Assembly: GCF_964213995.1 (NCBI RefSeq)
Contig: NC_135823.1
Coordinates: 248,001-312,000 of the forward strand
DNA from: Mustelus asterias
Lineage: Eukaryota
Direction: 5' to 3'
Length of the DNA: 64,000 nucleotides
Within the stretch, counting starts at the first letter, position 1, and every line of letters starts with the position of its first letter. The notes beneath the pieces were generated by a model, which made no database searches, had not been told where the DNA came from, and was given only the letters and a program-made list of their open reading frames with translations. The position numbers and the translations under genes are program-made. Below are positions 51,280 to 61,794 of the stretch, piece after piece.

Positions 51280-51940
51280 GACAGTAAGGGACAATCTACC
51301 ATGGCCAACGCACCTGGCCTACACATCTTTGGACACTAACGGACAATTTAGCATTGCCAATCCACCTAACTCGCACATCTTTGGACACTAAGGGGCAATT
51401 TAGCATGGCCAATCCACCTAACTCGCACATCTTTGGACATTAAGAGGCAATTTAGCATGGCCAATCCACTTAACCCGCACATCTTTGGACACTAAAGGGC
51501 AATTTGCCATAGCTAATCCAACTAACCTGCACATCTTGGACACTAAGGGGCAATTTACCATGACTGATCTACCTGACTTACACATCTTTTGACACTAAGG
51601 GGCAATTCAGCCTGGCCAATCCACCTCGCCTGCACAGTTGTGGACACAAAGGGGCAATTTAGCATGGCCAATCCAACTAACCTGCTGATTCATGACACTT
51701 GGGCTCAATTAACCATGGCCGATCCACCTGGCCTACACATCTTTGGACACTAAGGGGCAATTTAGCACGGGCAATCCACCTAATCTGCATATCTTTCGAC
51801 ACTAAGGGTCCATTTAGCACGGCCAATCCACCTAACCTGCACATCTTTCGACACTGAGGGGCAATTTAGCATGGTCAATCCACCTAACCCACACATCTTT
51901 GGAGTTTGGGAGGAAACAGGAGCACCCGCAGGAAACCCGG
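51280..51940 (-). repeat. SINE-derived ~52-bp minisatellite (about 12 copies)
   Basis: Unit gacactaaggggcaatttagcatggccaatccacctaacctgcacatctttg is the internal HE1 segment; the array ends in a partial SINE. Confidence 0.9.
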
Positions 51941-52461
51941 TGTAACTGAATGGGATTGAAGTAGAGAGAGACGAAGGGATGAATAAATGGTTCACCGCCG
52001 TGCTGAGATAGAGTACGACACCGGGGATATAATCACACATTTCAATTTGACACACAGGCAGATTGGTCCTTGACCTTCAGACATGTAACGGTGTCTTAGC
52101 CAGATACAAGAAGTGGGAGAGGGGAAGAGGCCATTCGGCCTATCTCGCCTATTCTGCCATCCAATAACACCATGGCTAACCGTGTACATAAACATCACTT
52201 TCCCGCCCTTTCTCTTACCCATTAATCTATCCCTTCTGGCGAATCTGTTTCAGTGATTAAACATCCAAGGCTCTCTACGGCAGCGAAGAAGAGTTAAAAT
52301 ATCAGAAAACGAAACTGGGAGGGCTGTGATAGGCCAGTGTTGATTTAGATTTCAATGGAGATGCCCGCAGAGACATTTGTAATTTACAAAGTTGGACTGC
52401 TCTTAGTAAAGTGTCCCGTTAATATTAAATGGATTGAAAAATGGCCATTGTGAATAGCTAC

Positions 52462-52767
52462 CTCTCTGAGATGAGACACTTTCACTGAGAATACTTTCAC
52501 TGGAGTTGACCTGAAAGGTGCAAGTACAGCGAGCGCCGCTTCTCCAAGTTTCCGCCGGGAGGCTGATGTAACTCCTGACGGTGTAGGTCCCGTCCGGCTC
52601 CAGTGTCCCTGAATCGGTCTGTCCCTCGGTATCCCGTCCCGAAACATTCCAGCGGACGGGAAAGGAATCGGGAGACACGCCTCTGACCAAACACAACAAC
52701 GGGACTCTTTCCATGGCGGAAATCTCATCCAGCGGCGGAGTGAGGAGGAATATGGTGGGAGAACCCG
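52462..52767 (-). CDS. Gene B C1-set Ig constant-domain exon
   Basis: Acceptor ggatttag, donor GAG|gtagct, 306 nt, phase 1->1. Reads PTIFLLTPP..VPLLCLVRG..VRWNVSG..PDGTYTVRSYI..ETWRSGARCTC; 35/62 identical to gene A C1 over the ungapped core (hand count). Confidence 0.92.
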
Positions 52768-52866
52768 CTAAATCCGGCAAAACAAAAGGGGAACCCATTG
52801 ACAAATGGAACAGGACACATTAATTGCTCTGAGGTCCCACATCAATGTAATAATAATGGAATTTAC

Positions 52867-53205
52867 CTGTAATCACTAACTTGGAGCCATTTCCGAATAT
52901 TTGGGTCATGTTCTGGTAATTGCGGATTGCACAGTAATATATCCCAGAATCATTTATCCGGGAATCCGCAATGGTTAGTGAATAAATACGCCGTTTTTCA
53001 GAAATCTCGCCGGAAAATCTCCCCTCAGCTGGGCTGTTCTGGTACGCTCTGTAAATGAAATCCATGTGGTTTCTCTCCCTCTGTCTGTACCAGAAGACAG
53101 AGCCAGCATCTTGACCCTGGATGCGGCAGCTGAGATTAACAGGACTCCCCGCAAGGAGCGTCAGAACCGGCGGAGACTGGGACAAGGTGACCTGAGACAT
53201 TGTAA
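52867..53205 (-). CDS. Gene B germline-joined VJ exon (YYCAIRNYQNMTQIFGNGSKLVIT)
   Basis: Acceptor (ct)n ttcccag, donor CAG|gtaaat, 339 nt, phase 1->1. Motifs QSP, LSC, WYRQ, GRFSG, SLTI, DSGIYYC, FGxG. Intron to C1 is 99 nt; no RSS. Confidence 0.95.
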
Positions 53206-54774
53206 CTGGGAAAGAGAGAGAGAGAGAGAGAACAACAGTCACCATAGGTTATGGAGCATTCCCTGAAGACAGCGGACTGAAAGCCAATTGGGAGGAAACC
53301 TCAAACCAGCCTTCCATCCATTGACACTTCCCGCTGCCTCGGGAAAAGCAGCCAGCATAATTAAGGACCCCACGCACCCCGGACATTCTCCTTCTTCCGT
53401 CGGGAAAAAGATAATAAGTCTAAGGTCACGTACCAACCGACACAAAACAACTTCTTCCCTGCTGCGGTCAGACTTTTGAATTTTCCGACCTCACACAAAA
53501 TTGATATTTCTGTACACCCTAATTATGATGGTAACACGACATTCTGCACTCCCTCCTTTCCTTCACTGTGTACGGTCTGCTTTGTCTGTATAGTGCGCAA
53601 CAAACAATACATTTCACTCGATAGTAATACACGTGACAATATTAAATCAAATCAAATGAAATCACAAAAATGCCCGATTCAGAAAAAGAAATCGCACCAT
53701 TAAAATCGCTCTGATTATGGTGTTAGTTGCCCCATTTTCCTCCTCCCTTTCGAAAGGTATAATACCAGTCCATTCACCAGTAAATCTGGTTTAAACACTG
53801 GGGAGGGGACACATGGAAACCAAGTGATGTTAATCACAAAGAGAGGTTCAGTGAAATTACGTTTCTCAACTATTGCTTACATCCCGTGTCTCTCCTTAAA
53901 TGAAAGCAAATGACTGGGGATGCCTGGAACTGAACAAAAAACAGAAGATGCTGGAAAACCTCAGTGGGGGTACGGGAATTGTGATCAGTGCCGACTCGAT
54001 CGGCCAAGTGGCCTCCTTGTGCACTGAACAGACTGACTCTCTGATTCTCGGTCTGAGAGCATCAGTGGAGGGAGAATAGACCCGACGTTTCCAGTCTGGA
54101 TGATTCTCGGTCAGAGCTCCATTGCCTCTCCGCCGATGCGCTCAGAATCCTAGAATGATAGAATCCCTACAGTGCTGAAAAAGGCCGTTTGGTCCATCGA
54201 GTCTGCACCGATCACAATCCCTCCCAGGCCCTAATGCCGCAAACCCATATATTTACACTGCTAATCTCCTGATACGAAGGGGCAATTTAGCATGTCCATT
54301 CAAACGAACCCGCACATCTTTGGACCGTGGAAGGAAACTGGAGCACCCGGAGGAAACCCACGCAGACACGGGGCGAACGTGTAAACTCTGCAGACAGTGG
54401 CCCAAGCCGGGAACCCAAGCCTGGCGCTGTGATGCATCAGTGCGAAGCACTGTGCCGCTGAGATGTTCCAGTACTTTCTATTTTTGCTTCGTTTCTGCTT
54501 CTCCTCCGTTGACTGTGGGCGCTAAAGTTTGTTCAACAGTTTATAACTGACTCTGACGTTCCACTTGAAGTTCGAGCTTTCTCTCCAAAGTGGTCAACAT
54601 TGTTAATGGAGCCCATTGACATATCATATCTCGTGAGAAATGGCAATTCGGATCAATTAAACTCTAATCATTGTTATTAATCGACGTTCCATTTTGTCAG
54701 TAACATTTGTTCCATTGTTAAGTTAAACTTGCACGCTGAATCACACCTTATAGCAGGGCAGAAGACGGGGAGAA

Positions 54775-54950
54775 GGTAGGTGGGGGGAAGGTGGAGGGTG
54801 GGGGAGGGTGGGGGGCGTGGGGGGGTGGGGGGCGTGGGGGGACGTGGGGGGGGTGGAGGGGGGGGGGTGCGGGGGAGGAGGGGTGGGGGGAAGGTGTGTG
54901 GGGGATGGGGTTGGGAGGTGGGGGGAGGTGGGGGGTGGGAGGTGGGGGGA
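54775..54950 (+). repeat. G-rich tract with G-quadruplex potential in gene B intron 1
   Basis: Many consecutive GGG+ runs with 1-4 nt spacers. Confidence 0.8.
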
Positions 54951-55303
54951 CCGTTCGGCCGTTCGAGTCGGTGTTGAATCTTTGAAAGATTTCGCTAACA
55001 TTACTGAATTTTCCCTCTTAAATACGTATCCAATTCCCCCATTTTGAAAGTTCCAATTGCCGCTTTTGAAAGTTCCTGTTGAATCTGCTTCCTCCGCCCT
55101 TTCAGGCAGAGCCTTCCAGATCGCAACAACTCAGATGGGTAAAAAAATATAACTCCCCTCATCTCCCTCTCTGTTACTATTACCAAATTCTTCAATCCAT
55201 GCTCCTTTGGCTCCAGACACTCCTGCCAACGGAAACAGTTTCTGCCTCTTCGCTCTATCTAAATCCTTCTCCACTCTATCTGAATGTAATGAGGATATCT
55301 CAC

Positions 55304-55346
55304 CCTGAAAGAGATGGAACAGTGCATAGATACCGAGGAAACTCAT
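55304..55346 (-). CDS. Gene B leader exon: MSFLGIYALFHLFQ
   Basis: acaATG start, hydrophobic, 43 nt, phase-1 donor CAGG|gtgaga. Splices to give MSFLGIYALFHLFQVTMS/QVTLSQSP. Confidence 0.82.
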
Positions 55347-55419
55347 TGTCCTTGCGCCAGACCGTGAGACTCTGAGCCCCGGATCCGAATCTGACAGAGA
55401 TCTCGCTCTTGTTCTCTCT

Positions 55420-55530
55420 GTGTGGGGGAGGTGTGAAATATGCGCATTGTGTATATGAATGAAAACACGACTGGGGTTTGAAAATAGAACCGAGGTAGGG
55501 AGCTCTCTGCGGTTTTCCTGTTTACTGTAG
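55420..55530 (-). promoter_or_regulatory. Gene B proximal promoter with T-box, RUNX, ETS and forkhead motifs
   Basis: AGGTGTGAAA at 55429-55438, TGCGGTT at 55508-55514, TTCCTG at 55515-55520 and TGTTTAC at 55519-55525, all 80-180 nt upstream of the ATG. Confidence 0.55.
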
Positions 55531-57074
55531 GTCCAAGTGCTGGCGTGCATTCGACATGTTCTACAAAATACCTCAAACATCTACTCACATCTGTTACACC
55601 AGACTTGGAGTGCAGAGCACGGTTCTTCCTAATCTGGTAAGGATTCTCAGGTAGTGGAAAAGGTGCAGTTAACATTTCACAACGAATGATGCCAGAAATG
55701 AGAGTGTGTAACTGTTAGTGAGTCTTGAAGTGTTTGGAGGTCTTTTTCTCGAAACAAAATTGAAAATTGAGGGCTGATCCACCGAAACATTTAGAAATAT
55801 GAAATGCTTCAACAAGGCAGAAGTAGGATTTCAAAATATTGCAGGATGAGTTCGTCGCCAAGCAGGAATTCAGGACAAAATTGTATTTTGGAAGAACAAA
55901 GAACAAAGAAAATTACGGCACAGGAACAGGCCCTTCGGCCCTCCAAGCCTGCATCGACCATGCTGCCCGACTTAACTAAAACCCCTTCCGGGGACCATAC
56001 CCCTCTATTCCCATTCTATTCATGTATTTGTCAATACGCCCTTAAAAGTCCCTACCGTATCCGCTTCCACTACCTCCCCAGGCACCCACTACTCTCTGTG
56101 TAAAAAATCTGTAAGAATGGGCAGAATATAGAATTCGGTCGCATGGGGAATGCTTTTGATTTGATTTGATTTGATTTATTATTGGCACATGTATTGGGAT
56201 ACAGTGAAAAGTATTATTTCTTGCGCGCTATCCAGACAAAGCATTCCGTTCATCGAGAAGGAAAGAAGGGAGTGCAGAATGTAGTGTCACAGTCAGAGCC
56301 AGGGTGTAGAAAAAGATCAACTTCGTGCAAGGTGGGCCCATTTTTCATTGTATAGTAATACATGTGACAATAATAAATCAAACCAAATCAAATGAAAATG
56401 TGCCGATTCAAAAAAAAATCGCACCATTAAAATCTTTCTGATAATGGCGTTAGTTGCCCCATTTTCCTCCCCACTTCCGCTTGAGACGAATGACAAAGAT
56501 GTATTTTAATTGGGCAGCTGGATAGACACGAAGGAGAGAAAGGAGAAGAAGGATATGTTGATGGGGTGATAGAAAGAAGGAATGAGGTACCTCTGGAACA
56601 TTAACAACAGCTGATAGGCCGAATGGTACCAATCTGTACTGTGCTTTTGATGTAATCGTGTTAGAAAAACATGAAATCAAAGCCATCCTTTGATACCCTG
56701 ATATGTGAGCAGTTAATGCTGCCTCTTTGCTTTGTATGGGTTGCAACAGGGCATGGTCCACATTTTTTCAGTGAGATTACAGTCGCCTTGTTTAATGTCG
56801 AGCCTGGCCCGAACATAGGATGTCCCCAGGTTCTTGGTAGCCGGTGATCTGTCTTTGCAAGTGCACTTACTTTTGAAATGTAGGAGATTCAGTCAGGATC
56901 ACGCAAAACAGAATGCCGAAAATTGACAAATGATAAAGCCTTGATAAGTTGACTTATAGAACCATAAAACTCCTATAGCGTAAAAGGAGGGCCATTCAGC
57001 CCATTGAGCCTTCACCGCCAGCAATCCCACCCAGGCGATATCGCGGTGACCCCACATATTTAGCCTGCTAATTC

Positions 57075-57440
57075 CCCGACACTAAGAGGCAATTTAGCAT
57101 GGCCAATCCACCTAACCTGCACATCTTTATCCATTAAGGTGCAATTTAGCATGGCCAATCCAGCATCCTGCACATTTTTGGATACTTAGAGACAATTTAG
57201 CGTGGCCAATCCACGTAACCCGAATATCCTTGGACACTAAGGGACAATTTACCATGATCAATGTACCTCACCAGCACACCTTTGGACACTAAGGGACAAC
57301 TTAGCATGGCCAATCAGTAAACTGGCACATATTTGGACACTAAGGGGCAATTTTGCATGACCAATCCAGAATACCTGCACATCTTTCGACACTAAGGGGC
57401 AATTAAGCTAGTCAATCCACCTAACCAGCACATCGTTGGG
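57075..57440 (-). repeat. Second array of the SINE-derived 52-bp unit (about 7 copies)
   Basis: Same unit as 51280-51940. Confidence 0.85.
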
Positions 57441-58064
57441 CATTGGCATTCAAACGGACAGCGTTCTAATTTACAGATACTGTCCCAGACACCTCGATGG
57501 CCATTTTTGTTGATTCCTGTTGCTTCTTTTGACAAATCCTCTGAAATCAATGCCATGTAACTCTCGATATTTTGCACTTTTCTACAAATATGTATTCGTC
57601 TTTTTTGCAGAAATTATGAATGGCAACAGAACACAGAAACAGACAAGGCTCTGAACACAAAACAAAAAAAAGTAACGTGATTTGTTGTATTTAAGCTAAT
57701 CCACGTCCTTTACCTTAATATAGGCTGCTGGCCGTAAGAGAATGGGAGAGTAATCATCTTTATTTATCATTACGCTTCCAGAAAGCCAGCAAACCCTTTG
57801 CTTTGTGAAAAACTTCCTTTATACTGACAAACAATCCTATTTAAATAGCAGTTGCCTGGTTACTTGTTCTCTACCATCCAAGACCACATCTACACATGCT
57901 CAGTGATGGCACTTGCTGTCGACTGTATGATGGTCAGTTGACATTCATGATTAACCAGGGTCAGAATCCCGCCTTTCATCTCCAGGGAGAAGAACAGGTG
58001 CAAAGTGGATTGACTCAATTCTGTTCCTCATATCAGCTCGTTCACAACCTGTGTGGATCCCTTT

Positions 58065-58515
58065 GGATGTTGCCTGGTATGGAGGGTCTTAGCTATGAGG
58101 AGAAATTGGGTAGACTGGGGTTGTTCTCCTTGGAAAGACGGAGAATGTGGGGAGATCTAATAGAGGTATACAAGATTATGAAGGGTATAGATAGGGTGAA
58201 CAGTGAGAAGCTTTTTCCCAGGTCGGAGGTGACGATCACGAGGGGTCACGGGCTCAAGCTGAGAGGGGCGAAGTATAACTCAGACATCAGAGGGACGTTT
58301 TTTACACAGAGGGTGGTGGGGGCCTGGAATGCGCTGCCAAGTAGGGTGGTGAAGGCAGGCACGCTGACATCGTTTAATACTTACCTGGATAGTCACATGA
58401 GCAGCCTGGGAATGGAGGGATACAAACGATTGGTCTAGTTGGACCAAGGAGCGGCACAGGCTTGGAGGGCCGAAGGGCCTGTTTCCTGTGCTGTACTGTT
58501 CTTTGTTCTTTGTTC
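58065..58515 (+). mobile_element. Young CR1-like 3' fragment, near-identical to 14200-14765
   Basis: Shared GAKYNSDIRGTFFTQRVVGAWNALPSRVV...YLDSHMSSLGMEGYKRLV with few substitutions. Confidence 0.9.
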
Positions 58516-59279
58516 TTTGATTGCTCTGGCCGTCCCCAGCTCCTTACTCATACCGTGCATTAAGTTAGATATATGCAAATCTAGAATCTTGGGTCGGAAT
58601 AGTTCGGAATGGGAGGTGATGGAGACTGAGGGGATAAGGGGGTGGCTTGATTGAGATGTGTAAAATTATGTGGGGCACAGATAGAGGAGATGGAAAGAAA
58701 CGTTTTAAGTGTATTTATTCGTGCCACTAGTAGGCTCACATTACACTCTAATAAAGTAACTGTGATAATCCTCTTCTTGCCACACTCTGGCGCCTGTTCT
58801 GGTAGACTGAGGGAAACTTTAGCATGGCCAATGCACCTAACCAGCATGTCATTTGGAGTTTGGGAGAAAGCTGGAGCACCCGGAGGAAACCCACGCAGAC
58901 ACGGAGAGAATGTGCAGACTTCAAACAGAGAGTGGCCCAAGCTGGGAATCGAACCCGGGTCCCTGCCGCGGTGAGGCAGTAATGCTAATCACTATGCCAC
59001 CGTACCACCCAGTTTTCCTTGGTGGGAGGATCAATGAACAGGGGGCATGGATTTAAGGTGAGGGACAGAATGTTTGGAACCATAGAATCCTTACAGAGCA
59101 GAATGAGGCCATTCAGTCCATAGTGCCTGCCCCAACTCGCTGAAAGAGCATCTGGACCGAAATCTATTTTCAGATCTTTTGTCCATGTTTGAATCAAGGC
59201 TGGAATGAAGTAGTCCTTGACTAAGACTGGGAGAACCCAAACTGAGCGCCAGTGGGAAGGTTATTACTTGACATGCATC

Positions 59280-59815
59280 GATTGGATTGGATTGGATTTG
59301 ATTTCATTTACTATTGTCACATGTATGAGTACACTTTGAGAAGCATATTTTCTTGTGCGCTATACAGGCAAAACATACCGTGCAAATGGAAGGAAAGGAG
59401 AGAGTGCAGAACGTAGTGTCACAGTCATAGCTCGGGTGTAGAGAAATATCCACTTAATACTAGGGAGGTCCATTCAAAAGTCTGAAGGTAGCAGTGAAGG
59501 AACAGTGTTTGAGTCAGTTGGTACGTGACCTCAGACTTTTGTAGCATTTTCCATACATGGAAGAGAGTATGTCCGGGGTGCGGGGGTCCTTGAATTACGC
59601 TGGCTGCTTTTTTGAGGTATCGGGAATTGTAGAACATGTCAATGGATGCAAGGCTGTTTGGAATGATGGACTGGACTTCATTCACGCTTTGTAGTTTTTT
59701 GCAGTCTTGGGCCGAGCAGGAGCCATGCCAAGTTGTGATGCAACCAGAAAGAATGGTTTCTGTGGTGCCTCTGTAGAAGTTGGTGAGAGTTGTAGCTGAC
59801 ATGCCACATTTCTTA
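59280..59815 (-). mobile_element. Rex1-like 3' fragment
   Basis: GMSATTLTNFYRGTTETILSGCITTWHGSC motif and the family tail. Confidence 0.75.
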
Positions 59816-60549
59816 GCAATGTCAATAATCACTGATGATGGAGAGTAAATGCATGGGGTGATAATGAACTCAGTTGAATTTGTCCTGGTAATAATGTACA
59901 GGACATACCTGAGAAATTTTACACATTACCGAATAGCTGCCTGTGTTATCGCTGTACCTTAACATGGAGAACTGCTCAATTATCAGCGGAATGGGTCTGG
60001 GGACACATTGCAATTAGCTGGTGTTTTCCTTTTTCATGTTTGACCAAATGTGAATTGATGGGATCAGGAGTGGATAGGGAGTATTCTCAGGACTACTCAC
60101 TCCCGGCTGGCTACCCCATGGCCGCCATCTTAGCTAGATATGTCCTGCGAGAGCAGAACGTACGTTGGAATGGCGATGATGGAGATTACTGACATTGGGA
60201 GATGTGAATGCTTGGTGTGAAAAGGAGATGATTTGCTGCAACGCGGCAGGTTAAATGACTAATCGCCAATTTACCAGATGGTGGCTCGTGTGGGGAATTG
60301 TTCATATAGCTTGGAAGAATAGACAATCTGACTATGTTTGCGTGAACTTGTAAAGGAACTCTGCTAATTCGCATCTGGATGCAGGAAAGAAGTGAGAATT
60401 CAAAAATAATAGTCAATATGTATTGCTACAATTGGACAGGATGTTATGCGATCACTCCTGAAATGATGTGTCCAGGTTTGAACTCCAAATTTAAGGAAGG
60501 ATAAATTTGCTCAAGAGGCGGTACAGTTAATGTCCTTTAGAAAATTAGG

Positions 60550-61500
60550 ACATAAGAACTAGGAGCAGGAGTAGACCATGTGGCCCCTCAAGCCTGCTCC
60601 ACCATGTAATAAGATCATAGCTGATCTTTTCATGGACTCAGCTCCACTTACCCACCCGCTCACCATAATCCTTAATTCCTTTACTGCATCTATTTTTGCC
60701 TTAAAAACATTCAAAGAGGTAGCCTCAACTGCTTCACTGGGCCGGGAATTCCATGGATTCATAACCCTTTGGGTGAAGAAGCTCTTCCTAAACTCAATCC
60801 CAAATCTGCTCCCCCTTATTTTGCGGTATGCCCCCATGTTCTAGTTTCACCCGCCAGTGGAAACAAACTCCTTGCTTCTATCTTATCTATTCCCTTCATA
60901 ATCTTATATGTTTCTATGAGATCCCCCTCATCCCTCTGAATTCCAATGAGTATAGGCACAGTCTACACAGTCTCTCCCCATAAGCCAAGCCTCTGAATTC
61001 CACAATCAACCTCGTGAATCGCCGCTGCACTCCTCCAGTGCCAGTATATCCTTTCTCACGTACGGAAACCAAAACTGTACACAGTACTCCAAGTGTGGCC
61101 TCTCCAGCACCTTAAACAGCTGCAACATAACCTCTCTGAATTAAATTCCATCCCTCTCGCAATAAAGCTCAAAATTCCATTTGCCTTCTTAATTATCAGC
61201 TGCACCTGCGAACCAACTTTTTGTGATTCATGCATAAGGGCACCCAGATCCCTCTGCACAGCAGCACGCTACATTTTTTACCATTTAAGAAAAAAGTAAA
61301 TTTTGCTGTTATTCCTACCAAAATGGATGATCTCACTTTTCCCAACATTGTACTCAATCCGCCACGCCCTTGTCCACTCACTTAGACTACCTATAACCCT
61401 TCGCAGGCGTTAATTGTCCTCTGCACACTTTGCTCGACCACTCATCATACTGTCACCTGCGGACTTGGTCCCCAACTCCTAATAATCTATCATTAACCCC
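60550..61500 (-). mobile_element. Degenerate CR1-like LINE
   Basis: QRDLGAL..IKKANGILSFIARG and FFTQRV motifs. Confidence 0.85.
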
Positions 61501-61794
61501 TTGAACGATAGGGTTTTCCTGTGATGAGAGACTGGGAAAATTATGTTTATATTCTTTGTAGAACAGAAAAATGAGACATCAACGCATTGAAACACAATAT
61601 TTTGAAGGATGGTGACATGCCAGATACGAAAGAGGTTGATTACATTAGCTGGAAAATATGTCACACAGCGACATGGCCTCAGGATCAAGAAATTACCATT
61701 TCAGAATGAGAGGAGGAGAATTTTCTCCGACCAGAGGATAATGAATGTTTTGGAATCTCTGCCCAAGTGACCTGTCGATGCTCAGTCACTCCTA

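Noticed and set aside
51280-51940. CRISPR-like array
   Set aside because: Vertebrate DNA; contiguous tandem units with no unique spacers, derived from a SINE.
11469-53205. Calling the Ig-domain exons a rearranging TCR or Ig light-chain locus
   Set aside because: No heptamer/nonamer after either V, no separate J or D segments, V-C introns of only ~90-100 nt, TM exons without charged residues, and multi-exon cytoplasmic tails. No gene symbol was assigned.
53881-53894. 14-nt mini-exon (aag/gtaagc) in gene B intron 1
   Set aside because: It would break the leader-V frame, which already joins correctly.
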